A stretch of 64,000 bases of DNA, taken from NCBI GenBank assembly GCA_036401335.1, contig DASWVC010000033.1:291-64290 (forward strand), written 5' to 3'. A program made the position numbers and the translations under genes. Position 1 is the first letter of the stretch, and the number at the start of each line of letters is the position of its first letter. Positions 30,013 to 39,815 of this stretch are shown here, piece by piece. Below the pieces are notes generated by a model. It had not been told where the DNA came from and made no database searches. It was given only the letters and a program-made list of their open reading frames with translations. Origin of the DNA: Chthoniobacterales bacterium. GTDB taxonomy: Bacteria > Verrucomicrobiota > Verrucomicrobiia > Chthoniobacterales > JAFAMB01.

Positions 30013-30912
30013 TTAAATAAAGCGGTTCAAGATTACTTCTAACTTTTTCACTGTACCATCAGGCCAAAATTTGCGCGGCGTTACCAATGCAGTGTCCAAC
30101 GCGCAATGCTCCGGCCAGGTAGGTTCCGTCGGAATCCGCTCCACGACGCTTCGCAGGATGCGACGCGCAGCTTCAGCGTTGGCCATCAGGTGCTCAAGGA
30201 TGGCTTGCGCACTCACTGGTTCAACGTGAGTTTTCCAACCGTCGAAGTCGGTGACGAAGCTCATGCTGGCAAATGCGATTTCGGCCTCGCGCGCCAGCTT
30301 GGCTTCCGGGGCGCAGGTCATGCCGATCACCGCAAACCCCTGGCGACGGTAAAACTCCGACTCAGCCCGGGTGGAGAACGCCGGGCCGTCCATGTTCACA
30401 TACGTGCCTCCGTTGTGCGCCGTGCAACCAAGCGCAGCCGCTTCCTCGGCCAGGATCCGCCGCAGCTGCGGACTGACCGGGTCGGCAAAGCTGACGTGGG
30501 CAACGATGCCCGCGCCAAAAAACGTGTGGTCACCACGCTGGCTTGTGCGATCAAAAAATTGGTCCGGCAGCACCAGATGACGTGGTTCATACCGGTCCTG
30601 CAAACTGCCCACCGCCCCAACGCTAATAATCCAGCGCACGCCAACGGAGCGCAATGCGTAAAGGTTGGCCCGGTGGTTCAGTTCGGTCGGCAAGATACGG
30701 TGACCCCGGCCGTGGCGCGGTAGAAAGAACACGGTCCGGTCCTGGAATCGGCCTTCCACCAGCTCATCGGAGGGTGACCCGAAAGGGGTCCCGACCGCGA
30801 GAGACCTCGGGTTTTCCAAACCCTCGATCTGGTAGAGCCCGCTGCCTCCAATGATCCCGATGGCGTTTTCCGGCATGCCCGAGCATCTTCCGAGAGATCT
30901 GGAAAAACGCAA
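30013..30912 (-). CDS. mtnP: S-methyl-5'-thioadenosine phosphorylase family protein
   Basis: 'IGIIGGSGLYQIEGLE', 'FLPRHGRGHRILPTELNHRANLYALRSVGVRWIISVGAVGSL', 'EAELAR..IGMTCAPEAKLAREAEIAF'-type motif. Confidence 0.93.
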   Translation of the reverse strand: MRFSRSLGRCSGMPENAIGIIGGSGLYQIEGLENPRSLAVGTPFGSPSDELVEGRFQDRTVFFLPRHGRGHRILPTELNHRANLYALRSVGVRWIISVGAVGSLQDRYEPRHLVLPDQFFDRTSQRGDHTFFGAGIVAHVSFADPVSPQLRRILAEEAAALGCTAHNGGTYVNMDGPAFSTRAESEFYRRQGFAVIGMTCAPEAKLAREAEIAFASMSFVTDFDGWKTHVEPVSAQAILEHLMANAEAARRILRSVVERIPTEPTWPEHCALDTALVTPRKFWPDGTVKKLEVILNRFI

Positions 30913-31187
30913 CGGTCACCGTGCGCGGCGGCGGAAATTGATGAACCGTACCAATGCTACGAATGCCACCGCGGTAACAAACGGAACCAGTCGGATCAAG
31001 GCTGCCACGGCATCTCCGGCGGAAAAGCGCAGGCGCGGCTTTTGTTAACCATACACCGGTGGCACCAAGACAAGGGTTCTTGGGCCCTCAATGGGCACCG
31101 GCTCGAGCGGCGCTCCGGCAGGGCGGTGAGTCCTTTCGCCGCGTCCACGCGCCGAGACGAGGGCCTTTCGGGCCCAAAAACCCTTGT

Positions 31188-31399
31188 CTATAGTGCCCAT
31201 TGCCCCGGCGCCTTCTTGCCGCCGCCGTGCATCACCAGGTCGGCCGCCAGAATAAGCCCACCGCCGACCACGAGGGACAACGAAAAAGTCTCGTCCACCT
31301 ACCTGATGCCAGCAAGGCGGGAAAGAACAGGGTAAACAGCGAAGCAAATAAAGGCTCAAAGGTGTAGATCACGCCCGCTTCAACCGCGCTGGCCGGTTC
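31188..31399 (-). pseudogene. C-terminal remnant of an EamA/DMT-family transporter, frameshifted
   Basis: Minus-strand translation gives 'EPASAVEAGVIYTFEPLFASLFTLFFPALLASG' and, after a frame change, 'DETFSLSLVVGGGLILAADLVMHGGGKKAPGQWAL*'. No upstream transporter body seen. Confidence 0.6.
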
Positions 31400-31629
31400 A
31401 GAAATAAATAAAACATTTTTAGGATTTTTGAATAGCTGTCACTAATAATTAGTCCGGAAAACAAGCAAAAGGGGGTATGCTTCAGGCAACGCGGCCGTTC
31501 AATCAACCTGCACATGCTTCGCATGGCAGCGATGCCGTGAACCAGACCCGAGAGGAGAGAATAATCGTGAAAAAACTTTAGGGTATCCATTCAGACCCGA
31601 ATGAGAATGCCATAATAACAGGAAAATCT

Positions 31630-31770
31630 ATGGGAGAAGGATTTTTGACGTATTTGGCTGCCGGTTCACCCGAACCGGAGTTGCCTCAGCTGGGGCGCGG
31701 CCGTGCCAAGGGAGGGTTGTTTTGCTTGGGATTGGGGGCCAGACCCGGTCGAACGGTCCGGCCTGCTTAA
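31630..31770 (+). other. Small ORF (46 aa) ending one base before the probable NRPS ATG
   Basis: ATG 31630 to TAA 31768-31770, 'MGEGFLTYLAAGSPEPELPQLGRGRAKGGLFCLGLGARPGRTVRPA'; next ATG (MNPLSHESS) at 31772. Confidence 0.3.
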
Positions 31771-31771
31771 C

Positions 31772-34700
31772 ATGAACCCTCTTTCCCACGAATCATCGGC
31801 CTCTCCCCGTGAGAGAACCGTTCCTCTGACGGAGTCGCAGAAGGGGCTTTACACGCTGTGCGCGATGGACCCGGGTGCCTCCCGGGCCTATAACGAATCC
31901 TTAACGTGCCGTCTGCGCGGGCCGTACAACCACGCGGCCATGGAAGCTGCATTCCAGGTTTTGGCCGACACGCATGAGGCTTTGCGGGCGCGGGTTGATC
32001 CCGATGGAGAATCTCAAACCATTGCGCGCTCAGTGCACTTTCCGGTGCCTTTGGGTGACCTGACAGCGCTGCCGGGCGAAACCCGGGCGGCGGAGACGGC
32101 AAGGCTGTTGCACGAATTTTCCCAGGTCCTTTTCGATCCCGCAAAGCCACCGCTTTTCCGAGCCATGGTGGTGAAGCAAGACGAGGACGTTCACCTGCTC
32201 ACGGTAACGCATGGAGCGATCTACGGAAACGGTCCGTCCCGCAAGAACATCGTTGAGCAGGCGCTGGACGTTTACGCAGCCAGGGACGGTCGCGTGCCTC
32301 CGATGCAACTGTCGGAGTACGTGGCGCGGCGTGCATTGGATGAGAATGATCCGCGGCACGAGGCATTCTGGACCCACGAGTTTCCGGATGCCCCGGTCCC
32401 GCTGGAGTTGCCCTCGGACTTCCCACGGCCGCCGGCCCCGTCGTACCGCGGTGAGCGTGCCTGGAGAACGGTGGATAAACAGACCACCGCTGCCCTCCGG
32501 CAAGTTGCGTCGGCCCACCAATGTTCCTTGTTCGCATTGGTCCTGACCACCTGGCAGGTGTTGCTGCACCGTCTCTCCGGCCAGGATGACTTGGTGGTGG
32601 GCGTCCCTTCCGACAGCAGGCTCCGGTCCGCGCACCCGGGCGGACCGGCGTTGATCGCAAATACCACCAACCTGCTGCCGCTACGAAGCCGCTTCAACGC
32701 CGGAATGCGTTTTTCGGAGCAACTGGAACGGACCAGGCAATTGGTCGCCGGTGCGATCGAGCACCAAGAATATTTTTTCGGCCGTATCCTGGATCGGCTG
32801 AACCTGGTGCGGGACCCGGCAAGATCGCCCCTTTTTTCTGTAGCCTTGAATTTTCAAAAGGCTTTTCGATTTGCCCCGGCAGGCGCTCTGGAGGCAGAAC
32901 CGCTAAGGCACGAATACCCTTACCAGGCGGCCAGGAACTCCGCCGCTTTTGACCTTTTTCTCCATGTCACGGACCAGGGATCGGCCCTCGAGCTGCACGC
33001 TGATTTCTGCTCCGACCTTTTTCTGCCGGAAACGGTCGAGCGGTGGCTGAAACACCTGTGCGCGCTGTTTGAGAGCGTAGTGGCGGACCCGGGCGGTCAG
33101 TGCCAGGCACTGCCGATCCTCACCTCCGCGGAGCGAACCTGCCTGCTGCAAGGTTGGAACGAGACGCACCGCGATTACCCCACCGACATTTTTCTGCATC
33201 AATTCGTCGAGCGGCAGGTTGCACGGACCCCGGACGGCGTCGCCGTGGTCTATGAAGGCGATCTCCTGACGTACGGCGAACTCAACGCCCGGGCCAACCG
33301 AATAGCGCACCGGTTGCAGGCGCTGGGCATTGCTCCGGGAGCGTTGGTGGGCCTCCTGGCCGAGCGGTCGCCGGAAATGGTGATCGGGATCCTGGCGATC
33401 TTGAAAGCCGGTGGAGCTTACGTGCCGCTGGAGCCGAATTACCCGGAGGAGCGTTTGCATTTCCTCTTGCAAGACGCGCAATCTTCCGTGGTGCTGCTCC
33501 AACGACGTTACCGGCCCAAGGTGGCAGGGTTTCAGGGGCTGGTAGTCGAGTTGGAAGCGGATTTCACCACCGAAGGGGACGCCAACCCGGTCAGCGGCGT
33601 GGGGCGGGGAGACGCCGCCTACGTGATTTACACGTCCGGATCTACTGGAAAACCCAAAGGCGTTCTGAACTCGCACGGCGGGCTGGCGAACTGGTTGTTC
33701 TGGATGCAGGAGACTTTTCCGATGGGATCCGGGGACACGATGCTGTTCAAAGCCCCGTTCACCTTTGATGTCTCGGTCCGCGAGGTGTTCATGCCTTTGG
33801 CGGTTGGCGGGTGCATGGTGGTCGCGCGGCCCGGGTTGCATGGAGACAGCCGGCACCTGGTCGACCTCACTACCCGTCATGGCGTGACCATCCTGCATTT
33901 TGTGCCGCCGATGCTGGCCGCGTTCCTTGAGGACCGTGACGTCCGGCGGTGCTCCTCCCTTCGCCTGGTCATGTGCAGCGGCGATGCGCTTTCGTACGAT
34001 TTACAGGAGCGTTTTTTCGACGTTTTCCCCGGCCTTGAGCTCCACAACATGTGGGGCGCGACCGAGCACGCCCCGGAGTCGACCCACTGGCGGTGCGTGC
34101 CCGGACGTCGGAACGGGATCGTCGCCGTTGGCCGCCCGGGTGCGAACACGCAGCTGTACATCCTGGACCGAGCTTTCCAACCGGTCCCCATCGGGGTAAC
34201 GGGGGAAGCTTACCTCGGCGGGGTGCAGACCGCGTTGGGCTACCTGGGCCGCCCCGAGTTGACGGCCCAGAAATTCCTTCCGAACCCATACCACCCGGGC
34301 ACGCTGTACCGAACCGGCGATCTCGGCCGTTTTCGACCCGACGGGGTGATGGAGTTCATGGGCCGGATTGACTTCCAGGTCAAACTGCGCGGGTTCCGCG
34401 TCGAGCTGGGCGAGATAGAGGCGGTCCTCCTCAAGCACGCTGGGATCCGCGAATGCGTCGCGGCTGTGCGGGGCGCGCCTTCGGACCCGGCCAAACGCCT
34501 GGTCGCCTACCTCGTGGGGGATCCAGCTCCAGTGGACAGCCTGCGGCGGCACGCGGCGCTCAGTTTGCCGGAATACATGGTGCCGTCGGCGTTTGTCTTC
34601 CTGGATCGGCTTCCCGTAACCGCGAACGGCAAACTGGATCGGTCAGCGCTTCCCGAGCCCGCCATGGAGGTGCGGGTGGCCAGGGAGCCGAGGGATGCAA

Positions 34701-35800
34701 CGGAAGCACAGCTGATTGCAATCTGGGAGAAGGTACTGGGCCGGTCGCCGGTAGGGGTGACCGACAACTTCTTTGACCTCGGGGGTAATTCCCTTCTTGC
34801 CTTGAAAGCATTTAGCTTGATCCGGGAAGTCGTGGGGGTGAACCTGCCGCTGGCGACGTTGTTTCAGGCACCGAACGTCGAAAGGTTGGCGGCCAAAGTG
34901 CGGGAAACGGCTGCAGACCAGGAATGGGAGCCGCTGGTGGCAATCCAGTTGCAGGGCAGCCGTCCGCCTTTCTTTGCGGTGCATGGCCGAAATGGCAACG
35001 TCCTTTTCTACCGTAAGCTTTCCGAGCTGCTGGGGTCCCAGCAACCCTTTTATGGGCTGCAATCCCAGGGACTGGACGGCAAACCGATGCTCCGCTCCAC
35101 CGTAGAAGAAATCGGTGAGTACTACTTGGAGAAGATCCGTGCGGTGCAACCGCAGGGTCCCTACCTGCTCGGCGGCTATTCGTTCGGGGCGGTGGCAGCT
35201 TACGAGATCGCCCGCCGCCTGCGAGAGCAGGGGGAGGAGATTGCGCTCCTGGCAATGTTCGACATTTACAACCCGGCACGACCGCCCCGGCTGCTTTCCT
35301 ACACAGAAAAGTTCCGGCATCGCATCATGGATGCGGAAGCACGAACGCCTAACCGGGTCCTGCAGTTCCTCGCCCGCCGGACCAAAGGCCGGGTAAGTGA
35401 ACGGTTGCTAAAGTGGAATGAGCTTTCCCGTCGGTTACTGTTGCAAACGGTGAAACGGACCGAGGACAACTCGCCGGAACTCGTGGATCTTCACGTCCAG
35501 ATGGTTCACGAACGCGCGTTTGTCTCCTACCGGCCCAGGCCATTCAATGGAAAAATCACCCTTTTCCGGGCGCTCATGGTGCCGGATGGGTATGAGTATG
35601 AGGCAGAAATGGGGTGGACCGGGTTGGCCGCTCAAGGCATCGAGATTCACGACGTTCCCGGCGATCATTTCACCATCTTCCACGAGGAAAATGTGCCGAT
35701 GCTGGCCGAAAAACTTTCGGCCTGCATCGAGGCGGCTCTAACAAGCATTGGTTCGGGTTCAAGCCCGTCCATGCACCCGGCACCTTATCCCAGCCGATAG
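31772..35800 (+). CDS. Single-module non-ribosomal peptide synthetase, C-A-T-TE
   Basis: Condensation-like N-terminal domain; A-domain '[14 protein letters not shown]', '[13 protein letters not shown]', '[10 protein letters not shown]'; T-domain '[15 protein letters not shown]'; thioesterase '[14 protein letters not shown]'. ATG at 31772 preferred over the GTG at 31703. Confidence 0.95.
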   Translation: MNPLSHESSASPRERTVPLTESQKGLYTLCAMDPGASRAYNESLTCRLRGPYNHAAMEAAFQVLADTHEALRARVDPDGESQTIARSVHFPVPLGDLTALPGETRAAETARLLHEFSQVLFDPAKPPLFRAMVVKQDEDVHLLTVTHGAIYGNGPSRKNIVEQALDVYAARDGRVPPMQLSEYVARRALDENDPRHEAFWTHEFPDAPVPLELPSDFPRPPAPSYRGERAWRTVDKQTTAALRQVASAHQCSLFALVLTTWQVLLHRLSGQDDLVVGVPSDSRLRSAHPGGPALIANTTNLLPLRSRFNAGMRFSEQLERTRQLVAGAIEHQEYFFGRILDRLNLVRDPARSPLFSVALNFQKAFRFAPAGALEAEPLRHEYPYQAARNSAAFDLFLHVTDQGSALELHADFCSDLFLPETVERWLKHLCALFESVVADPGGQCQALPILTSAERTCLLQGWNETHRDYPTDIFLHQFVERQVARTPDGVAVVYEGDLLTYGELNARANRIAHRLQALGIAPGALVGLLAERSPEMVIGILAILKAGGAYVPLEPNYPEERLHFLLQDAQSSVVLLQRRYRPKVAGFQGLVVELEADFTTEGDANPVSGVGRGDAAYVIYTSGSTGKPKGVLNSHGGLANWLFWMQETFPMGSGDTMLFKAPFTFDVSVREVFMPLAVGGCMVVARPGLHGDSRHLVDLTTRHGVTILHFVPPMLAAFLEDRDVRRCSSLRLVMCSGDALSYDLQERFFDVFPGLELHNMWGATEHAPESTHWRCVPGRRNGIVAVGRPGANTQLYILDRAFQPVPIGVTGEAYLGGVQTALGYLGRPELTAQKFLPNPYHPGTLYRTGDLGRFRPDGVMEFMGRIDFQVKLRGFRVELGEIEAVLLKHAGIRECVAAVRGAPSDPAKRLVAYLVGDPAPVDSLRRHAALSLPEYMVPSAFVFLDRLPVTANGKLDRSALPEPAMEVRVAREPRDATEAQLIAIWEKVLGRSPVGVTDNFFDLGGNSLLALKAFSLIREVVGVNLPLATLFQAPNVERLAAKVRETAADQEWEPLVAIQLQGSRPPFFAVHGRNGNVLFYRKLSELLGSQQPFYGLQSQGLDGKPMLRSTVEEIGEYYLEKIRAVQPQGPYLLGGYSFGAVAAYEIARRLREQGEEIALLAMFDIYNPARPPRLLSYTEKFRHRIMDAEARTPNRVLQFLARRTKGRVSERLLKWNELSRRLLLQTVKRTEDNSPELVDLHVQMVHERAFVSYRPRPFNGKITLFRALMVPDGYEYEAEMGWTGLAAQGIEIHDVPGDHFTIFHEENVPMLAEKLSACIEAALTSIGSGSSPSMHPAPYPSR

Positions 35801-36003
35801 ACGATGCGGCCCTTGGTGAGGTCGTAAGGCGACATCTCCAAACGCACGCGGTCACCAAGGTTAAGCCGGATGAAGCGTTTGCGCATCTTGCCGGAAATGT
35901 GAGCCAAAATGACGTGTTTGTTCCCAAGCTCAACCCGGAACATGGTCCCGGGCAGTACTGCAACGATTTTGCCTTCAGTTACTATTTCGGATTCAGCGGG
36001 CAT
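35785..36003 (-). CDS. infA: Translation initiation factor IF-1
   Basis: '[63 protein letters not shown]'. Confidence 0.95.
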   Translation of the reverse strand: MPAESEIVTEGKIVAVLPGTMFRVELGNKHVILAHISGKMRKRFIRLNLGDRVRLEMSPYDLTKGRIVYRLG

Positions 36004-36104
36004 AAAGCAGACTAAAAACCTTCATTGACGGCCGGTTTACCCTGCAGGCGGACTTTTCGCCGGGAACGCTAAACCATGGTTCCCAGGTCAAGCCGCCGCT
36101 GGCA

Positions 36105-36272
36105 TCAGCGACCTGCGCGTGAGAACGACCGGGCGGCGCGCGCACCACCGGATCGATCTTCTTTCGACCGGGCCACATTGACGGTAAGCGCGCGACCGGC
36201 AAGCTGCCCCAAGACCTTTTCAAGGTTCTTGGTGCCGGTATGAAACGACAAATTTCCTAAATAAATTTTCAT
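36105..36272 (-). CDS. Shortened RRM-like protein (55 aa), possibly a decayed paralog
   Basis: 'MKIYLGNLSFHTGTKNLEKVLGQLAGRALTVNVARSKEDRSGG...': RNP2 present, central region with RNP1 missing, C-terminal 'GRALTVNVAR' retained. Confidence 0.55.
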   Translation of the reverse strand: MKIYLGNLSFHTGTKNLEKVLGQLAGRALTVNVARSKEDRSGGARAARSFSRAGR

Positions 36273-36497
36273 GGATTGAGGTGATTCGATTGCCAGCTCC
36301 ACAGCCGTTCCCGAAAACCGGATTTCAAATCACCACCGAGAAATAACCTCACCTGACGATCCACCGCGCTTCGAATTCGACCAACCGGAAACCAGCATCG
36401 TTCGTCCAACCGAAAACGCAAGAAAAGCTTTCCGTTCACCAGCGGAGCCGCCGACGCGGGAAGAAGCGCCGCGGCTCTAAAGCCAGAACCTGCGCGT

Positions 36498-37580
36498 TCA
36501 GAATTTGAGCTCGAGTTGCCCGGCCATTACCCTTCGGAACGCGCCGGCGTTCAAGCGTGGCGCGTCGTGTGCCAATCCGGCCCGACGGGAACTTACTTCA
36601 AACATCCGGTGCAGCTGCTGGGCCAGGGGGCCGTTCCCCCGCATCCGCTCGCCGAACTCACTCACGTTAAGTTTGCCGTCCCGCATTGACCGGATCTGGT
36701 CGAGGACGCGGTTTTTACGCTCGGGAAAATGCTTTTCGAGCCATTGAGTGAACAGGGGCGCCACCGCAAGCGGCAGCCGAACCATCGTCATGCCGGCAAA
36801 GGTGGCGCCCGCCGCGGCCGCGGCCGCGAGGAGGGCGGGGATTTCGTGATCATTTAGCCCCGGCATTACCGGCGCCAGGTTAATCCCGACCGGAATCCCG
36901 CTGGCGCGCAACCGTTCCACAGCACGGAGCCGGGCTGCAGGTGCCGAAGCTCGCGGCTCGAGTTTTCGCGCAAGGTCAAGGTCGAGGGTGGTCAGCGAAA
37001 GGGTGACCGCAACGGCCTTGTGGGCGGCCAGTTCCGTCAGCAGATCGGCATCCCGCGTGACCAGCTGATTCTTGGTGATGACAAAGACCGGGTTACGGAA
37101 ACGCGCCAATACCTCCAAGCAGGCACGGGTGAGGCCCAGCTTGGCCTCAACTGGCTGGTAGCAATCGGTTACGCCGCTCAAGGTGAGCGTCTGAGGCCTC
37201 CAGGAAGGTGCGCTTAGCTCTGCCGCAAGCAGGTCCGGCGCCCGCCTTTTCACGAGGATTTTGCTTTCAAAGTCCAGGCCCGCCGAGAACCCGAGGAATT
37301 CATGGGTTGGCCGGGCATAACAATAGGCGCAGCCGTGTTCGCAACCCCGGTAAGGGTTCACGCTTACCTCGAACCCGACATCCGGGCTTTGGTTCCGCGC
37401 AATGATTGTCCGGGCATCGTCTTCCAGGATTTCCGTGACAACCTGGTCCCGCTGAGTCGAAGGTTCGTCGGACGGATCCGCTTCGTAATGCAGCTTGGCA
37501 AAGCGGTTGACCGGATTGCCGGTGGCTCCCCGCCCGCGTGGCCGGCCTGACGGTTCAGGATCGAACGTACACCGGCTCAT
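36498..37580 (-). CDS. PA0069-family radical SAM protein
   Basis: 'VSVNPYRGCEHGCAYCYARPTHEFLGFSAGLDFESKILVK' (CxxxCxxC). Confidence 0.92.
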   Translation of the reverse strand: MSRCTFDPEPSGRPRGRGATGNPVNRFAKLHYEADPSDEPSTQRDQVVTEILEDDARTIIARNQSPDVGFEVSVNPYRGCEHGCAYCYARPTHEFLGFSAGLDFESKILVKRRAPDLLAAELSAPSWRPQTLTLSGVTDCYQPVEAKLGLTRACLEVLARFRNPVFVITKNQLVTRDADLLTELAAHKAVAVTLSLTTLDLDLARKLEPRASAPAARLRAVERLRASGIPVGINLAPVMPGLNDHEIPALLAAAAAAGATFAGMTMVRLPLAVAPLFTQWLEKHFPERKNRVLDQIRSMRDGKLNVSEFGERMRGNGPLAQQLHRMFEVSSRRAGLAHDAPRLNAGAFRRVMAGQLELKF

Positions 37581-38133
37581 TTCCTGCTTTCCATTTGATG
37601 CTGCAGCCGGTACTGGCACGTTGGTCGGGAGAAACGGCGTGCCCGGCCAGGACCGCATCCACGGCTGCCCGAAGGTCCCGGCCGGTTGGCGGCTGAGCGT
37701 TTCCCGGCCGGCTGTCATCCAGTTGGCCCCGGTACACGAGGCGGAGGCTGCCATCAAACAGGAAAAAATCCGGCGTGCACACCGCCCGGTAAGCTTTGGC
37801 CACGTCCTGCGGTTCGTCGTAAAGCACCGGAAACGGCAAATCGCGGGCGAACTCAGCCAGTCTGTCCGGTGCGTCCTCAGGGTATTGCTGGGCATCATTG
37901 GCACTGATGCCCGCGATGCGCACACCCTTCGGCAGGTAATCGGCACCGAAACGGGCCAGCTCAGGTTTGACCTGGATGACGTAAGGGCAATGGCGGCACA
38001 GGAAAACCACGAGTAGCGCCCGGCCGCCGCTCAGGTCCGACAAGGAAACAAGTTCACCGCTGGTGACCTCCGGAAGTTGAAAGTTCGGTGCGGTCCGGCC
38101 AAGCTCAGCACCTGTGGATAGGGTTGCCGTCAT
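37555..38133 (-). CDS. Thioredoxin/redoxin-fold protein (AhpC/TSA-like)
   Basis: 'APNFQLPEVTSGELVSLSDLSGGRALLVVFLCRHCPYVIQVKPELARF', 'FFLFDGSLRLVYRGQLDD'. Confidence 0.88.
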   Translation of the reverse strand: MTATLSTGAELGRTAPNFQLPEVTSGELVSLSDLSGGRALLVVFLCRHCPYVIQVKPELARFGADYLPKGVRIAGISANDAQQYPEDAPDRLAEFARDLPFPVLYDEPQDVAKAYRAVCTPDFFLFDGSLRLVYRGQLDDSRPGNAQPPTGRDLRAAVDAVLAGHAVSPDQRASTGCSIKWKAGNEPVYVRS

Positions 38134-38178
38134 CTGGAAACATGCCACGAACCGGAAGCTTGCCAATCTTTGCTGGCC

Positions 38179-39105
38179 TTAACCCGCGTCTGCCCCAAGT
38201 GGGACATGCCAGGAGGCCGGCACTTCTAGAGGGCGGGCCACCATGATGCCGCCGAATTTGGCGTAGCGGTAAAGGTACTGGTGTAAAGGGACGTCAATGA
38301 TAACGCTCCGGGCATCTTTGGAGGCGTGCATGAAGTGGAGCGCCCCATTTGTATCGCGCAGGGCAAGGCCGACATGTTCGGTGAACCCATCCCGGAAACT
38401 GCTGCTGATGCAGATCACGTCTCCGTCGCGAAGCAGGGGTTCAACCGCCGCCACACGCGCTTTTGGGATGTGGTAGATGGTGCGGGCCGAAAGGTTCGAT
38501 TCGATCCGGCGGATGGCCGGCACCAGCTCGGGGTTGTTCCGCAGGTAACGTGAGCGGCGCCACGTGGTCGACATCTCGTCCTCGTAATGACCCGTCATCG
38601 GCACACCGCCCAATGACCTCGTCAGGTCCTTGACGAGCCCCCGGCGTTCGTTGTCGGCCAGCCAGTCTTCCAGGTGGTGAAGGCGGGAGGTAAAGGACCC
38701 GGTGCAACGGCCCCCGCGGTAACGGTCCAGTTCGATCAGGGCCAGCAGGTCATTCGGAGTGTACGGTGGGTTTTTTATTTCGAGCATGCGTGCAAACCCG
38801 AGCGAGACCTCGAAGTAGGTCCAGCAGTCCATGCCGAGAAAATCAACCGAGGGTGCCTCGGTGTGGTCATCGATTTCCAGGGTGAAGTTGCGGTAAGGCG
38901 TCCCTTGTAAGGCCCTGCCGACGGCGGCCGTGCGTTCTCCCAAGGGCAGCACCCGCCAGTTTTCCTGGTCCGCCCGCCGGACCAGACCGGCAAACACGGA
39001 ATCACCTCGGAACACGGTGGCAAACGGCAGGGGCGCGGCGAAGAGGAAAGTTGACGGAATCAGGAGGCACGACAACGCGGACCAGACGGCTAAGATCAAA
39101 CGCAT
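38179..39105 (-). CDS. DUF1460 (N-acetylmuramoyl-L-alanine amidase-like) secreted protein
   Basis: Signal-like 'MRLILAVWSALSCLLIPSTFLFA'; 'FLGMDCWTYFEVSLGFARML', 'DGDVICISSSFRDGFTEHVGLALR', 'FMHASK'. The ORF extension to 39708 is antisense to the YqeY gene and rejected. Confidence 0.8.
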   Translation of the reverse strand: MRLILAVWSALSCLLIPSTFLFAAPLPFATVFRGDSVFAGLVRRADQENWRVLPLGERTAAVGRALQGTPYRNFTLEIDDHTEAPSVDFLGMDCWTYFEVSLGFARMLEIKNPPYTPNDLLALIELDRYRGGRCTGSFTSRLHHLEDWLADNERRGLVKDLTRSLGGVPMTGHYEDEMSTTWRRSRYLRNNPELVPAIRRIESNLSARTIYHIPKARVAAVEPLLRDGDVICISSSFRDGFTEHVGLALRDTNGALHFMHASKDARSVIIDVPLHQYLYRYAKFGGIMVARPLEVPASWHVPLGADAG

Positions 39106-39270
39106 GGCTTGAGCGGTCGAAGGCAAGAGTGAACGCGAGTCACTTCGCTTCATCGGCAGAACGGCGGCGCGCTTTAACCCGCGTTCGCCTGATCTTTCTG
39201 GTAAGGTTAGGGGCTGCCCCGGCTCCCAGCCCGCCTTGCGAAAGGCCCGAAGTCGCCTACACTCGTCCAC

Positions 39271-39723
39271 ATGACCATCCAGGAGCGGGTCGACCACGAC
39301 CTCAAGGAAGCGATGCGCGCCAGGGATGCCGGCCGGCTGTCGGTGTTGCGCCTGGCCAAAGCGGCGTTGATGAACGCCGCCATCGAAAAGCATGGGGCAG
39401 CCGGCAAACTTGCCGAGGCTGAGGCGTTGGCGGTGCTCCGCAAACAAGTCAAACAACGTCACGATGCCATCGCCAGCTTTGAGCAGGGCGGACGTCCTGA
39501 GTTGGCGGAAAAGGAGAAGAAGGAACTTGATTATTTGGCCGAATACCTGCCCACCCCCTTGAGCGAAGCACAGGTCGAGGAGTTGGTCCGAAGCGTGATC
39601 AATCGGGTAGGCGCTACCTCCAAGGCGCAATTGGGTCAGGTCATGAAAGCCGCTTCGGAACAGGCGGCGGGCCGTGCGGACGGTAAGGCGCTCAACCGGG
39701 TGGCGCAAAAGTTGTTAGGCTGA
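39271..39723 (+). CDS. GatB/YqeY domain-containing protein
   Basis: 'DHDLKEAMRARDAGRLSVLRLAKAALMNAAIE', 'YLPTPLSEAQVEELV', 'MKAASEQAAGRADGKALNRVAQKLL'. Confidence 0.92.
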   Translation: MTIQERVDHDLKEAMRARDAGRLSVLRLAKAALMNAAIEKHGAAGKLAEAEALAVLRKQVKQRHDAIASFEQGGRPELAEKEKKELDYLAEYLPTPLSEAQVEELVRSVINRVGATSKAQLGQVMKAASEQAAGRADGKALNRVAQKLLG

Positions 39724-39815
39724 AGCTCCTGGGTCGGTCGGTGTGCAGAGGTGCAGGCTTTTGGCGGGTGGACGGCGGTCATGCGCCCGGTCCCCCCGGG
39801 GTAACGGCGTTGTGT

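Noticed and set aside
38179-39708. 509-aa ORF containing DUF1460 taken at full length
   Set aside because: The first ~200 residues are antisense to the YqeY gene; the secreted protein most likely starts at 39105.
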